A stretch of DNA of 64,000 bases from Chrysomallon squamiferum (lineage: Eukaryota > Animalia > Mollusca). The position numbers and the translations under genes are program-made. This document shows positions 1-13,264 of this stretch, piece after piece (within the stretch, counting starts at the first letter, position 1; every line of letters starts with the position of its first letter). Below the pieces are notes generated by a model, which saw only the letters and a program-made list of their open reading frames with translations, made no database searches and was not told where the DNA came from. The stretch covers positions 5,766,001 through 5,830,000 of the forward strand of contig CM022675.1 of NCBI GenBank assembly GCA_012295275.1, read 5' to 3'.

Positions 1-600
1 GATACAACTATATACAACTCATAGACATTATTACAGATAGGACAGATACAACTATGTAAAACTCATAGACATTATTACAGATAGGGCAGATACAACTATG
101 TAAAACTCATAGACATTAGTACAGAGGGGGCAGATACAACTATATACAACTCTTAGACATTATTACAGATAGGGCAGATACAACTATGTAAAACTCATAG
201 ACATTAGTACAGATAGGGTAGATACAACTATATACAACTCATAAACATTAGTACACAAAAGGTGGCTACAACTGTCTACACATCATTGACATTAGTATAG
301 AGTGGCCAGATACAACTATATACAACTCATTGACGTTAATACAGAGAGGCAGATACAACTATGTACAACCTACAGACATTAGCGTTCACTGGGGAAGTAG
401 AACTATGTCAAACTGATAGACGTTAGTACAGGGAGGGCAGATAACACAATGTACAACTCATACAATTTACAGATGTTAGTGCTCAGAGGGGAGAAACAAC
501 TATTTCAAACTGATAGACATTAGCGTAGACAGGGCGAATACAAATACGTAGAACTCAAGGACATTGAAGCAGACAAGGACAAATACAACTATGAGGAATT
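1..600 (+). repeat. 44-bp minisatellite (GATACAACTATGTAAAACTCATAGACATTA[TG]TACAGATAGGGCA-like)
   Basis: Units start at 1, 45, 89...; the family recurs at ~1240-1290, ~10345-10740 and ~31850-31975. Confidence 0.9.
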
Positions 601-1412
601 CATATCCCATACAGCCTTCTTGAACTGAGATGTGTATGATATTAGCAGCCATCAAATATTAGAGCTTTCACAATCATGCTGTGAAAACTGTTAACATTTA
701 CAAACGAGGTAGATAGATGGTGATTTACATTTATGTTGAAGAAACATATACACTAAAAAGGAAACATATTTAAATAAACATAAATACTTAAATACACACA
801 GATTTAAGACCTAATGAATATTGCTAAATTTTAATTTGATCTAAATGTTAGATAACCAAGCGTCATTAAGATCTTCATCTAGTATAAGCTGACAGTAACA
901 AAATACGAATTTCATGCAGTTCCCTAGGCATATAATTAATTAAAATATATAAATAAATAAGTAAATAAATAATTAAATAAATAAATAAATAAGCAAGCTT
1001 TTGTCTGGATGTACATTGATATGTTTTTAGTAAATTATTTAAATGATAAATTGTTCACAGCTACAATATGAAGTCAATTTGTGATAATTAATTTACTGTG
1101 TTTGTGGTTTCAGTTTGTGATTACAAACACTGATAATTAATTTACTGTTTGTGATTTCAGTTTGTGATGACAATTTGTTTGTGATGATGGTCAATGTGAT
1201 AATTAATTTACTGTTTGTGATTTCAGTTTGTGATGACAAGTGTATAATTCATAGACATTAATACAGTGAGGACAGATAGAGCTATACATAATTAAATATT
1301 TATCTGGATATACTCTCATATGTTTTCAGTAAAATATTTAAATGCTAAATTGCTCAGAGCTACAATGTGAAGTCAATTCTTGATAACTGTTTTACTGTGT
1401 TTGTGCTTTCAG

Positions 1413-1679
1413 TTTGTGATGGCAAACACTGGGGTGTGAACTGTGCTAACTCCTGTGTGTGTACAGTCAATGCTGTCAACTGCAGCTCGGTGGACGGAAG
1501 TTGTACGTGTAAAGAAGGCTGGGAAGGAGAAGACTGCGGAGCTGACATCAACGAGTGTGAGAGAAACAAAACAATCTGCAGCAGTCTTGATCATTCTGTG
1601 TGTAACAACAAAAATGGATCTTACAGCTGTGACTGTCAAATTGGTTACAGTAAAAGCAAAGATGGAACCAACTGTGATG
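1413..1679 (+). CDS. 267-nt exon: EGF (MEGF/laminin-like) + calcium-binding EGF
   Basis: [17 protein letters not shown]...DINECERNK...[10 protein letters not shown]; AG at 1411-1412, GT at 1680-1681. Confidence 0.85.
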
Positions 1680-1936
1680 GTAAGGAGCTGACATTTTTCT
1701 CTGTGTGTTTGTGTGTGTGATTTTGTGCATATATGTTTGTGTTTGTGCATATCTGTATGTGTGTATGTATATATACATTTTTTCTTCTTCATTTCTGTTT
1801 CAACAATGTTGCAAGTGAATTCTGGGATTACTTTGTTCTGATACAAATGTAAATCAGAGGTGAAGATTTGTTAAAAAAAATGATATATTTTGGTGACTTT
1901 AGTATAGTGTCGTTCCTATTTTTATTATTACTGTTA

Positions 1937-1988
<52 letters not shown>

Positions 1989-2000
1989 TACTATTAATTA

Positions 2001-2051
<51 letters not shown>

Positions 2052-4145
2052 TGTACTAGTAATAGTAGCAGCAGCAGAAGCAGTGTACTAGAAATAGTTA
2101 TACTGGGAGTGTTGTTAGTTGTGATGGTGGTGGTGATAGTATAGTAGAATTATCAATATTATTACCATTACGGTTATTATTATATTTGTCATTATGATTA
2201 TCATCAGCAGTAGCTGCATCATTTTTGTTATTATTAGCATCATCGTCGATGTTGTTATAATTATGATTACTCAAGCTATTATTATTAGTACTTCTACAAC
2301 AACATGAACAACAGCAACAACTGCTACTATTTCTAGTAGTACCACTACTATTATTAGTACAAATATCATTATTGTTATTGTTGTTATTGTTGTTGTTGCA
2401 GATATAAACGAATGTTTGGAAGGTATCGACAACTGCAGTTCCCCTATATCCACTGTCTGTAGAAACACCAACGGATCTTTCACTTTCGAGTGTAAGACAG
2501 GATACTTCAGAAATAATTCTGGAGTTTGTGAAGGTGAGTCTAATAACTACTTCTCAGCTAGGTATTCTGAGAGAGAGAGATCGAGATAGATACATATGTA
2601 TGTATGTATATATTTGTGTGTGCCTGTCTGAGTTTATATGTGTGAGTGTATGTAGTGTGTGTGCAATTTGTTTTGATATAAATCAGAGGTTATGGTTATG
2701 GCTTGCCATTATTATTATTATTATTATAATTATTATTATTATTATTAGTTGTTGTAGTTTTTGTACTAGTATTAGTGTTTTCAGTAAAATGTTTAAATGC
2801 TAAATTGCTCAGAGCTACAATATGAAATCATTTCTTACAAATTAATTGACTGTTTGTGATTTCAGTTTGTGATGACAAACACTGGGGTGTGAACTGTGCT
2901 AACTCCTGTGTGTGTACAGTCAATGCTGTCAACTGCAGCTCGGTGGATGGAAGTTGTACGTGTAAAGAAGGCTGGGAAGGAGAAGACTGCGGAGCTGACA
3001 TCAACGAGTGTGAGAGAAACGAAACAATCTGCAGCAGTCTTGATCATTCTGTGTGTAACAACAAAAATGGATCTTACAGCTGTGACTGTCAAACTGGTTA
3101 CAGAAAAATCAAAAATGAAACCAACTGTGAAGGTAAAGAGCTGAAGTTTTTCTCTGTGTGTGTTTGACTATATATGTGTTTGCGTGTGTCTGTGTCTGTG
3201 AGTTTGCGTGTGTGTTTGTTAGTTTAGTGTGTGTTTTTGTGTATATATGTTTGTGTTTGTTCAAATGGATCTTACAGCTGTGACTGTCAAACTGGTTACA
3301 GAGAAAAAATGCAAACAGGAACGGCTGTGAAGGTAGGGAAATGAAGCTTTTGTGTATGTGTGTGTTTATATTTGTGTGTATATGTGTGTGTTTGTGTGCG
3401 TGTCGTTGTGTGTTTATGTATGTGTGTGTATGTATTTATGTGTGTGTGTTTGTGTATGTGTACTTTGTTTTGATATAAATCCAGTCCTTGCTGTTATTAC
3501 TATTATTATTACGATTATTATTATTAGTAGTAGTAGTGGTAGCAGCAAGAGCAGCAGCAGCAGCAGCAGCAATAACAGCAGGAATAGCAGTATACTAGTA
3601 GTAGTTACAGTACCAGTGATCATAGTAGTAGTAATAGTGGTGGTGGTGGTTATGGTACTATAGTAGAAGATTGAATATTATTACTATTACTATTATTATT
3701 AATATCTTTTTATCATTATGGTTATCATCATCATCATTAACATGATTTTTATTATCATTATCGTTATCATTATTACTACAACTACAACAAAACGAACAAC
3801 AGCCGCTACTGCTTCTACTTCTAGTATTACTAGTAAAATTATCATTATCATTATTGTTGTTGCAGATATAAACGAATGTTTGGAAGGCACACACAACTGC
3901 AGTTCCCTTATATCCACTATCTGTCAAAACACCAACGGATCGTTCACTTGTGAGTGTAAGACAGGATACTCCAAAAATAATTCTGGAGTTTGTGAAGGTA
4001 AGTCTAATGGCCACCTCTCAGTAACAACAAACTGGGTCATACAACAGACATTTCCTTTTACAGCAGTAGGTCATATAGTTGTTGTTTTTTTTAATTTATT
4101 ATTTGATTGTTTGTTTATTTATTTATTTATGATGCAACACGTATT

Positions 4146-4180
<35 letters not shown>

Positions 4181-5617
4181 TTAGATATTAACGAATGTCA
4201 GACAGGCTACAACAGATGTGAACAGCAATGTCAAAATTTAGACGGAAGTTACAAATGCTACTGCTCTGCTGGTTATGCCATAAGTCCAAATGACCCAAAT
4301 AAGTGTGACGGTATTTAAATTAATACAAAATCCATTATCATGTAATATTTTTCTAGGCAGGAAGTTCTTTTATATTTTTGTGTTTTCGCAGGTTTTTCCA
4401 TGATATTTTAAGCTGTGTATTATTTTTTCTTTTTTTCTTCACTTAGTCATGATTTAACAATCGCTGTATTATCTAATCCTCTCCTCTCTTTAATCAGCTC
4501 CTCTAATCCAGTCGTAATTTATCTGTAACCAAGTCCTCTGATATAGATTTAATATACCTGTAACAATGTCATGCGGTACAGTTCTAATTTAACTATAACC
4601 AAGTCCTCTGATATAGTCCTAATTTAACTGTAGCCAAGTCATCTGATACAGTTCTAATTTAGATGTAATCCAGTCCTCTGATACAGTTTTAATTTAGCTG
4701 TAAGCAAGACCTCTGATACAGTTCTAATTTAGCTGTAAGCAAGACCTCTGATACAGTTCTAATTTAGCTGTAACCAAGTCATCTGATACAGTCATAATTT
4801 AGCTGTAACCAAGTCGTAATATAACTGCTTGAAACCTGTTGCTTGAAACCTGATTGAATGACATAAATATGTGTTACTTTTTTAAAAGTAAAAATGGCTA
4901 TGAATTGGCATAGGCCTCTATATTATTTATTTTATAAAAAAAAATTATTATTATTTTCATCTATTTTAGAAAGAAAAAAATGTTACTTTTGGTCAAAGCA
5001 AACGATGCTGGGAATTATGATGTTTTTATTTTAAAACATTTATTTATTTATTTTTTTTTTGTTTTTTTTTTTTTGAAGTAATATACTATTTAAAAAAAAA
5101 AAAAAAAAAAAAAAAGTGCATTCAGTAGTATAAGAATTTTAAAATGTGCTAGTACATCAATTTCGAAATTATAAAACTGTTGTTTCAGCAAAATCTTTCT
5201 TTTAAGTAATCAACTGAAATATTTATCTTATTTTCCTTTGTTCTTTAGCCACAAAATCAGTATCTGCTGTTATAACAGTTAATTACGAAAATGAGAAATA
5301 CGAATTCATCTTCAGCAGAGTATCAACAGGACTTAAAGATGATTAAAGAAAGTGTAAGTTTGTATCAGTGTAAGATCTGTAATAATTAATGAACGATGGG
5401 CAAATGAATTAAGAATTGGATTGAAGTATGAACAGATGGATGGATGGAGGGACTGATGTAAGCGTGGGTGGATGGTAAAATAGTGCCATCTAATAGTGGT
5501 CTTTTTACTCAGAAACAAAACTGTCACTTAATATCATTGTATTGTTATTTTAACAGTTAAAATTAAACATACAGGTCAATATGATCTTATACCTGTCTTC
5601 GCTTATAAAAACAATTC

Positions 5618-5659
<42 letters not shown>

Positions 5660-6414
5660 TTCATACAGATTCATTAAATTTGACACTTATTTTGAGCTCA
5701 ACGTTGATCTATTTTCTGTATTAATGTACAGTAAAACTGAATTATGTTCCTTTGTTTTTTATTTTAGTTGACAGAGTACTTCAATAAAACTGTTGTTGGG
5801 TTTGTTGGTGTAATTATCAACAGTTTGAAAAAGGGTAGCACCATTGCCTATGATGTCATCCTAAACAAAGATTTACTAGACGTTGATTCAACAGCATTAT
5901 TCACGAAGGCCATTGTTAATCTGTCATCAGCAAATATCACTTTCACTAATACGTCTGTCTCAGTTATTTCTCAACAAGTGAATGGCATAGTCAGTAAGTA
6001 GTGAAATTGTGCTGAATATTTTGCATTCAGATACTTTTAAAGAGTTCAGTTTACAATAATGTAGCCCGTTTCAAACACGAGAGCAAGCTAGAAATGATAT
6101 CAGAAATATTAAATTATATTTCTAAAATTAAGGTCTCTCAGAGATCAAAAAATATTGAAAAATTTAAAAATTTAAGAAAGAAATTTGAGGACAAAGAAAA
6201 CAAGATGATTCCACTGTTTTACCAGCAAGTTCAAAATACCTTGTTTTAAATTAATATTTTCAGAACTCTATATGAATATTACCATTTTGTTTCTTAGTCT
6301 AGGTTTCAACTTTAGAATTTCATACAGATTCATTAAATTTGACAACTTGTTCTCAAATGTCATATCTTTTGACTAAATTTTGTATAATTTTTATTTTATT
6401 ACTATAATGATTGC

Positions 6415-6469
<55 letters not shown>

Positions 6470-6712
6470 TTGAAATACAAACAAAAAACTAAATTAAAAC
6501 TGAAACAAATTGCTTATTATGTCTTAGTTTCTGTCATTCTTTCTTTTCTTTCTTAACCTTTCTTTCGTATGTTTCTTTATTTTATTTTTTATTTCTAGTA
6601 ACCAAGGATACCAGTCTATGTTCATTATTTGTTGATCTGGGAGGGTGTCCAGCACTGGAAAGTTGTCAAGTTGCTGATGGTGTACCAAAATGTAGTTCCT
6701 TGAAATCAGACG
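1413..6712 (+). CDS. Upstream EGF/cbEGF-SEA-Cys exon block (8 exons), paralogous to 32066-39716; either an upstream module of gene A or a partial duplicate
   Basis: Exons 1413-1679, 2402-2533, 2866-3132, 3866-3997, 4185-4310 (EGF, all phase 1), 5249-5353 and 5768-5993 (SEA), 6599-6712 ([31 protein letters not shown]). Exon order and intron sequences match 32066-39716. Confidence 0.75.
2402..2533 (+). CDS. 132-nt cbEGF exon with one Cys replaced by Phe
   Basis: DINECLEGIDNCSSPISTVCRNTNGSFTFECKTGY; canonical splice sites. Confidence 0.7.
2866..3132 (+). CDS. 267-nt EGF + cbEGF exon
   Basis: [11 protein letters not shown]...; canonical AG/GT, phase 1-1. Confidence 0.85.
3263..3332 (+). pseudogene. 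Orphan 3' fragment of the 267-nt EGF exon with donor
   Basis: AAATGGATCTTACAGCTGTGACTGTCAAACTGGTTACAG...TGTGAAG|GTAG repeats the end of exon 2866-3132. Confidence 0.8.
3866..4310 (+). CDS. Two cbEGF exons (3866-3997, 4185-4310)
   Basis: DINECLEGTHNC... and [27 protein letters not shown]. Confidence 0.8.
4500..4815 (+). repeat. 35-bp minisatellite (short array)
   Basis: CTGTAACCAAGTCCTCTGATACAGTTCTAATTTAA-like units; same family as 35130-37250. Confidence 0.85.
5249..5993 (+). CDS. SEA-domain exons (5249-5353 with apparent +1 frameshift; 5768-5993)
   Basis: LTEYFNKTVVGFVGVIINSLKKGSTIAYDVIL resembles the SEA beta-strand/GS loop; homologous to 37834-38775. Confidence 0.65.
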
Positions 6713-6894
6713 GTAATGATAAATGTTATTATTTTTCATAAGAAAACCCCAAGATCTGATTAGATCAATAGGTATATTTTGGTATTTTGTACTAAATTAA
6801 ATGCTGTCACTGTTATTGCTGTAAACAGCCGTGAGAATAACCTGACTTGAAAAATTTAAATTGAACCAGCCAATATTCTGATGTAATGCTGTCG

Positions 6895-9800
6895 TTCTCA
6901 GTAAAGCACAATCACTCATAGAAAAACACGGACACTGTTAGTAAAACACTGACACACTAATTAAAACACTGACATTCATAGTAAATCACTGACACGCTCA
7001 CTAAAACACTGACACTAGACATTGACATTCATAGTAAATCACTGACACGCTCACTAAAACACTGACACTCAGTAAAACACTGTCACTATTAGTAGAACGT
7101 TGACACAGTAAAACACTGATATTACTAGTAAAACACTGAACTCTTAGTAAAACAGTGACACTCTTAGTAAAACAGTGACACTCTTAGTAAAACACTGACA
7201 CTCTTAGTAAAACACTGACACTCAGTAAAACACTGTCACTATTAGTAGAACGTTGACACAGTAAAACACTGATATTATTAGTAAAACACTGAACTCTTAG
7301 TAAATCAGTGACACTCTCAGTAAAACACTGACACTCTTAGTAAAACACTGACACTCAGTAAAACACTGTCACTATTAGTAGAACGTTGACACAGTAAAAC
7401 ACTGATATTACTAGTAAAACACTGAACTCTTAGTAAATCAGTGACACTTTTAGTAAAACAGTGACACTCTTAGTAACACACTGACATTCTTAGTAAAACA
7501 CTGACACTCTTAGTAAAACAGTGACACTCTCAGTAAAACACTGACACTCTTAGTAAAACACTGACACTCTTAGTAAAACACTGACACTCTTAGTAAAACA
7601 CTGACACTCTTAGTAAAACACTGACACTCTTAGTAAAACACTGACACTTAGTAAAAAACTGACTAGTAAAACACTGACACTCTTAGTAAAACACTGACTT
7701 AGTAAAACACTGACACTAAAACACTGACACTTAATAAAAGTAAAAAAACACTGACACTCTTAGTAAAACACTGACACTCTTAGTAAAACACTGACACTCT
7801 TAGTAAAACACTGACACTCTTAGTAAAACACTGACACTCTTAGTAAAACACTGACACACTCAGTCTTAGTAAAACACTGACACTCTTAGTAAAACACTGA
7901 CACTCTTAGTAAAACACTGACACTCTTAGTAAAACACTGACACTCTTAGTAAAACACTGACAAACACTGACACTTAGTAAAACACTGACTAAAAAACACT
8001 GACACTCTTAGTAAAACACAGACACTCTTAGTAAACACTGGCACTCTTAGCAAATTAGTAAAATACTGACCTTCTTAGTAAAACACTGACACACTTAATA
8101 AAAGACTGTCACTCTTAATAAAACACTGACTGTCTTAGTAAACACTGACACTCTTAGTAAAAAACTGACACTCTTAGGAAAATACTTACACTCTAAGTAA
8201 AACACTGACAATATCAGTAAAACACTGACACTATTAGTAAAACACTGACACTATCAGTAAAACACTAACACTCTTAGTAAAACACTGACACTATCAGTAG
8301 AACACCTGACACTATCAGTAAAACACTGACACAATTATTAAAACACTGTCATTATTAGCAGAACGTTGACACTTATTAAATGGCACTTATTAAAACACTC
8401 TCTTAGTCAAACACTGGCACTCTTAGTAAAACACTGACACTCTTAGTAAACACTGGCACTCTTAGTAAAATAATGACCTTCTTAGTAAAACACTGACACA
8501 CTTAATAAAAGACTGTCACTCTTAATAAAACACTGACTGTCTTAGTAAACACTGACACTCTTAGTAAAAAACTGACACTCTTAGGAAAATACTTACACTC
8601 TAAGTAAAACACTGACAATATCAGTAAAACACTGACACTATTAGTAAAACACTGACACTATCAGTAAAACACTAACACTCTTAGTAAAACACTGACACTA
8701 TCAGTAGAACACCTGACACTATCAGTAAAACACTGACACAATTATTAAAACACTGTCATTATTAGCAGAACGTTGACACTTATTAAATGGCACTTATTAA
8801 AACACTCTCTTAGTAAAACGCTGACACTATTAGTAGAATATTGACACACTTAGTAAAACACTGACACACTTAGTAAACACTGACACTCTTAGTAAAACAC
8901 TGACACTCTTAGTAAAACTCACACTCTTAGCAAAATACTGACTTTCTTAGTTAAACACTGATATACTTAGTAAAACACTGTCACTCTTAGTAAAACTATG
9001 ACTCTCTTAGTAAACACTGACACTCTTAGTAAAACACTGACTATATTTGTAAAACGCTGACACTCTTAGCAAAACAATGTCACTATTAGTAAAATACTGA
9101 CACTATTAGCAAAACACTCACTATTAATAGAACGCTAACTAACTTAGCAAAAAAACGCTGACATTATTAGTGAAACACTTACTCTCTCAGTAAACACTGA
9201 AACAGTAAAACACTGACTCTCTTAGTAAAACACTGACACTCTCAGTAAAACATTGACACCCTCAGTAAAACACTGACAATCTTACTAAAACACTGATACT
9301 TAGTAAAACTCTGACATTCTTAGTAAAAATCTGACGTTCTTAGTAAAACTCTGACGCTCTTAGTAAAACACTGACACTCAGTTAAACACTGACACTCAGT
9401 TAAACACTGATACACAGTAAAACACGGACACTCTCAGTAAAACACTGACACTCATAATAGAACTCTGACACTCTTATTAAAACACTGACAATGAGTAAAA
9501 CACTGACACAATTAGTAAAACTGACATTATTAGAAGAGCTTTGACCTACGTAGGAAAACACTGACATGATTAGTAAAACAGTGACACTCGTAGTAAAACA
9601 GTGACACTATTAGTATAACAGTGACACTATTAGTATAACACTGACACTTATTAAAACACTGACGCTATTAGTAAAACACTCACTATTAGTAGAATGTTGA
9701 CACTCAATAAAACACTGACACTCTTAGTAAAACACTGACAGTCTTAGTAAAACTGTCAGTATGTGTAAAACCCCGACACCCTTAGTAAAACACAGTCACT

Positions 9801-10022
9801 ATTAATAAAACACTGACATTCTTAGTAAAACACTGTCACTGTTCACTCTTATTTAAACACTGTTACTCTTGGTGAAAACGCTGACAATTTTGGTAAAACA
9901 CTGATATGCTTAAGAAAATAATGACACTCTTAGTAAAATACTTATACTATTAGTAAAACATTGTTACTCTTAGTAAAACAATATCAATCTCTGAGTAAAA
10001 CACTGTCACTACTAGTAAAACA
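6895..10022 (+). repeat. 20-bp satellite AGTAAAACACTGACACTCTT, ~3.1 kb, with higher-order duplications
   Basis: Direct reading; homogeneous core ~7480-7960, degenerate flanks. Confidence 0.95.
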
Positions 10023-11035
10023 AAGGTATGAGAGATAAAGTATGTTGTAAATTCTGCAGTGGTTCCTATCACATGACTGAAACAGATACACATTAGTCTT
10101 TTGGTTACAGATCAACTACAAAAAGTAGCTTTAGACTGACCTTTAAATACAGCAATTTAGCTGATATTTTTGTTGTTTATATCTATTTCATAATTATGTA
10201 CTAACCGTTTGATTTCTGAAACACACAGACCTAGTCAGTTATTCGCTATTTACTTTGTTTAAAATGGTCATATCACTTAAGAAAGATTATTACTATATGT
10301 ATCATATACAACGTTTCTGCACAATCTATATCCATTGCTCTGAAGTGACAACTATGTAAAACTCATATACATTATTACGAGAGGGCAGATAGAACTATGT
10401 AAACTCATAGACATTAGTACAGAGGACAGATACTACTATGTAAAATTAAGATGGCAGATACGGTTTGTACAACTCATAGTCATTAGTAAAGAAAAAGCAG
10501 ATACTGAGAGGGCAGATATAACTACGTAGAACTGATAGACATTAATATTCAGATGGCAGATACAGCTATAAATAATTAAATATTTATCTGGATGATACAG
10601 CTATGTAAAACTCATATATATTGATACTGAGAGGGCAGATATAATTATATAAAGCTGATATACATTAATATTCAGAGGGCAGATACAACTATGTAAAACT
10701 CAGACATAAATATTGAGAGGACAAATACAGCTATATATAATTAAGTATTTATCTGGATGTACACTCATGTTTTCAGTAAAATATTTTAATTATATATCGT
10801 TCAGAGCTAAAATATCAACTCAGTGTGTTTGTGATTTCAGTTTGTGATGAAAATACATGTCTATTTCTTTCTGTTTGTGTCACTGTTTGTCTGAATAAAT
10901 GTGAATATGTATTCATATTTGTGTAGATGCATAGGATTACAAGTAAGTAGTTTCTAACATCATGCCCGTCATGTGCAGACATTGTTGTTTTAGCTGTTTG
11001 TCATGTGCCTATGACTGTACATTGTGTGATTACAG

Positions 11036-13264
11036 AGCTGTATCCATATTCTGAAGCAACCAAAATGAAGACCGGTGATGATATATCTGAGAAAATAACT
11101 CTTAATTCAGGAATACCATTTTACCAGAGGATGCAGAACAAGATTTATGTAAGTATATTTATTAACGTAACTTTGGTCATACGATGATATGGTTTAAATA
11201 TTTTTTTTTATATCCAGCTTTGTTTGTTTGTTTGTTTGATTGTTTATTTAACAATACAAATATCAGGGCGTTATCAGTTTTAGATATTCATCATGTGATC
11301 ATGTGCTGTGCTGTCCTATCATTCTGAAAATTATAGACTCTAGATGTAAACGGTAAAATGGCGGAATTCAAATATGTTTCAACAGTATAGTTTTAAAGAC
11401 ATACATTGATGTGAGTCATAATAACAATAATTTTATCTGACTGTCTATACTGATAGTATACGACGTTTGTTTTCCTCAACTTTGATTGGTTGTCTGTTCA
11501 CAATATTAAGCAGTGCAAAGTATCAAACACGTTTCTGATGTTCGGGCATAGAATCAAATGCCGTTAACTTATGTGCAGTCATCTTCTGTTTTCAATCGCA
11601 AGAAGAAAAAGGCACATTCTTAACAGCTCTGTGCTATATCCACAAGTCCTTTTAAGTATATTATATGTTTAAGTTTGAAGCAGTGGTGAAAACTAAAGGT
11701 TGGCCAAAGACCCCGAGAATGAATTTGGGAAAGATGAAATCTCCGTTCGTCTGTAAGAAATTGTATTGAAATTTGAAAATACATTTCGTTTTTGAGTGTA
11801 GGTAACAGAAAAGCGTATTTTATCATCAAGTATTTCAGTCTATCGTAACAAATTCTACATCAAGTAAATACCATTATGTCATTAAAGAAAGTTTGTGTTT
11901 TTGATTATTGACATATTCTAGTACGTTAATTAACCGTAATGCTAGTTTATTAACAGAATCATTTTACAACTAAATAAAGTGTACATCAAGTTACATTTTC
12001 AGAAAATGATATTTCCTTATAATTAAACAATCAATTTAAAGCAAATGTTCACAGAGGGAAATGTTAATACTGTTTAGGTAATCCTTTATGTGTGTTGTTT
12101 ATGGCAGCTGAGTAAAATGTTGTAGCACAGTTATAAAAAACAAGCAAATTATTTTTATTTATAGAAACGTAACAGAGGTTAGCTAATAAACGTCTCTCAC
12201 TGTATACTAGTATAGATACTGTACAGAAATTGAAAACTAAAAAAGTAGGTCACTCCACACCAGCTATGTACTCCTACCTTTCCATCAGTGTTTGCACGTG
12301 AACTAAAAATCGTTGTGTTTTACTTTTCATCTCTCCAGATCGGCAGTAACGGTGTTGTGAGTTTTGGAAGAGAATTCAATCCTATATACATGGACTTCCC
12401 GCCTTATTCACGCAGTGTTTTGTGTCCGTACTGTGCCGACATAGACGCCTCAAGAGGTGGAGAAATAAGATATCAACTGTTTGATAAAAACAACGCAAAA
12501 GACAACGAAACACTGAATGTTTTAAATCGAGCCAATGCAGACGTCGTTAACAACACCAGCGAATCAAAATTTGACGCGTCACAGGTTTTTGTTGTCACAT
12601 GGTACAGAGTGCCCAAATATGGATCTAACAGTCCAAAAACCGAGGTAAGAAAGCTTTTGTGAGGTTTGATAACTTTTAGTAAAAATTATTTGAGGCTTTC
12701 TCGAATTTTCATTTATTTTTTTTTTTTTTTTTTTTTGTTTGGTTGTTTGTTTGTTTGTTTAAATTTATGTTTTGGGTTGGTTTTTTTTTCATTTATGTGT
12801 GTGTCGTTGTTGTTTCTTTATTCTTTATGGATCAAACTGTTTAATGATACTTTCCTCAGCTTCGTCAGATGTGTTATCTATGATTCCATGGATACCTCTA
12901 CATGGATGACATAAAAAAAAAAAAATAATACATAAATTATATATATAAAGATATTAACTCACAAATTAAAATAACTTCAGGAAGTTATGGGATATTTAAT
13001 CCATTTACTTATTTACTGGTCAGATATATTTCCATAGCAATATAATAATTATTATTTATTTTCCAATGCAGTATGTCACATTTCAAGCAGTAACAGTAAC
13101 GGATGGAGAGACAACATATGCTATGTACATATACAGTGAACTGCACTGGATGCCCAGCTCAGATCCAATTATCATTGGCTATGGAGAAAACAGCAATTCC
13201 AGAACAGTTTCAGTGTCCAGTACTCGAGCTGCGTACACACGCGAAAACATTGGAGGAACACGTG
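11036..13264 (+). CDS. NIDO-domain exons (11036-11148, 12339-12644, 13072-13264)
   Basis: LYPY...IPFY...[50 protein letters not shown] are NIDO-type motifs. Confidence 0.85.
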
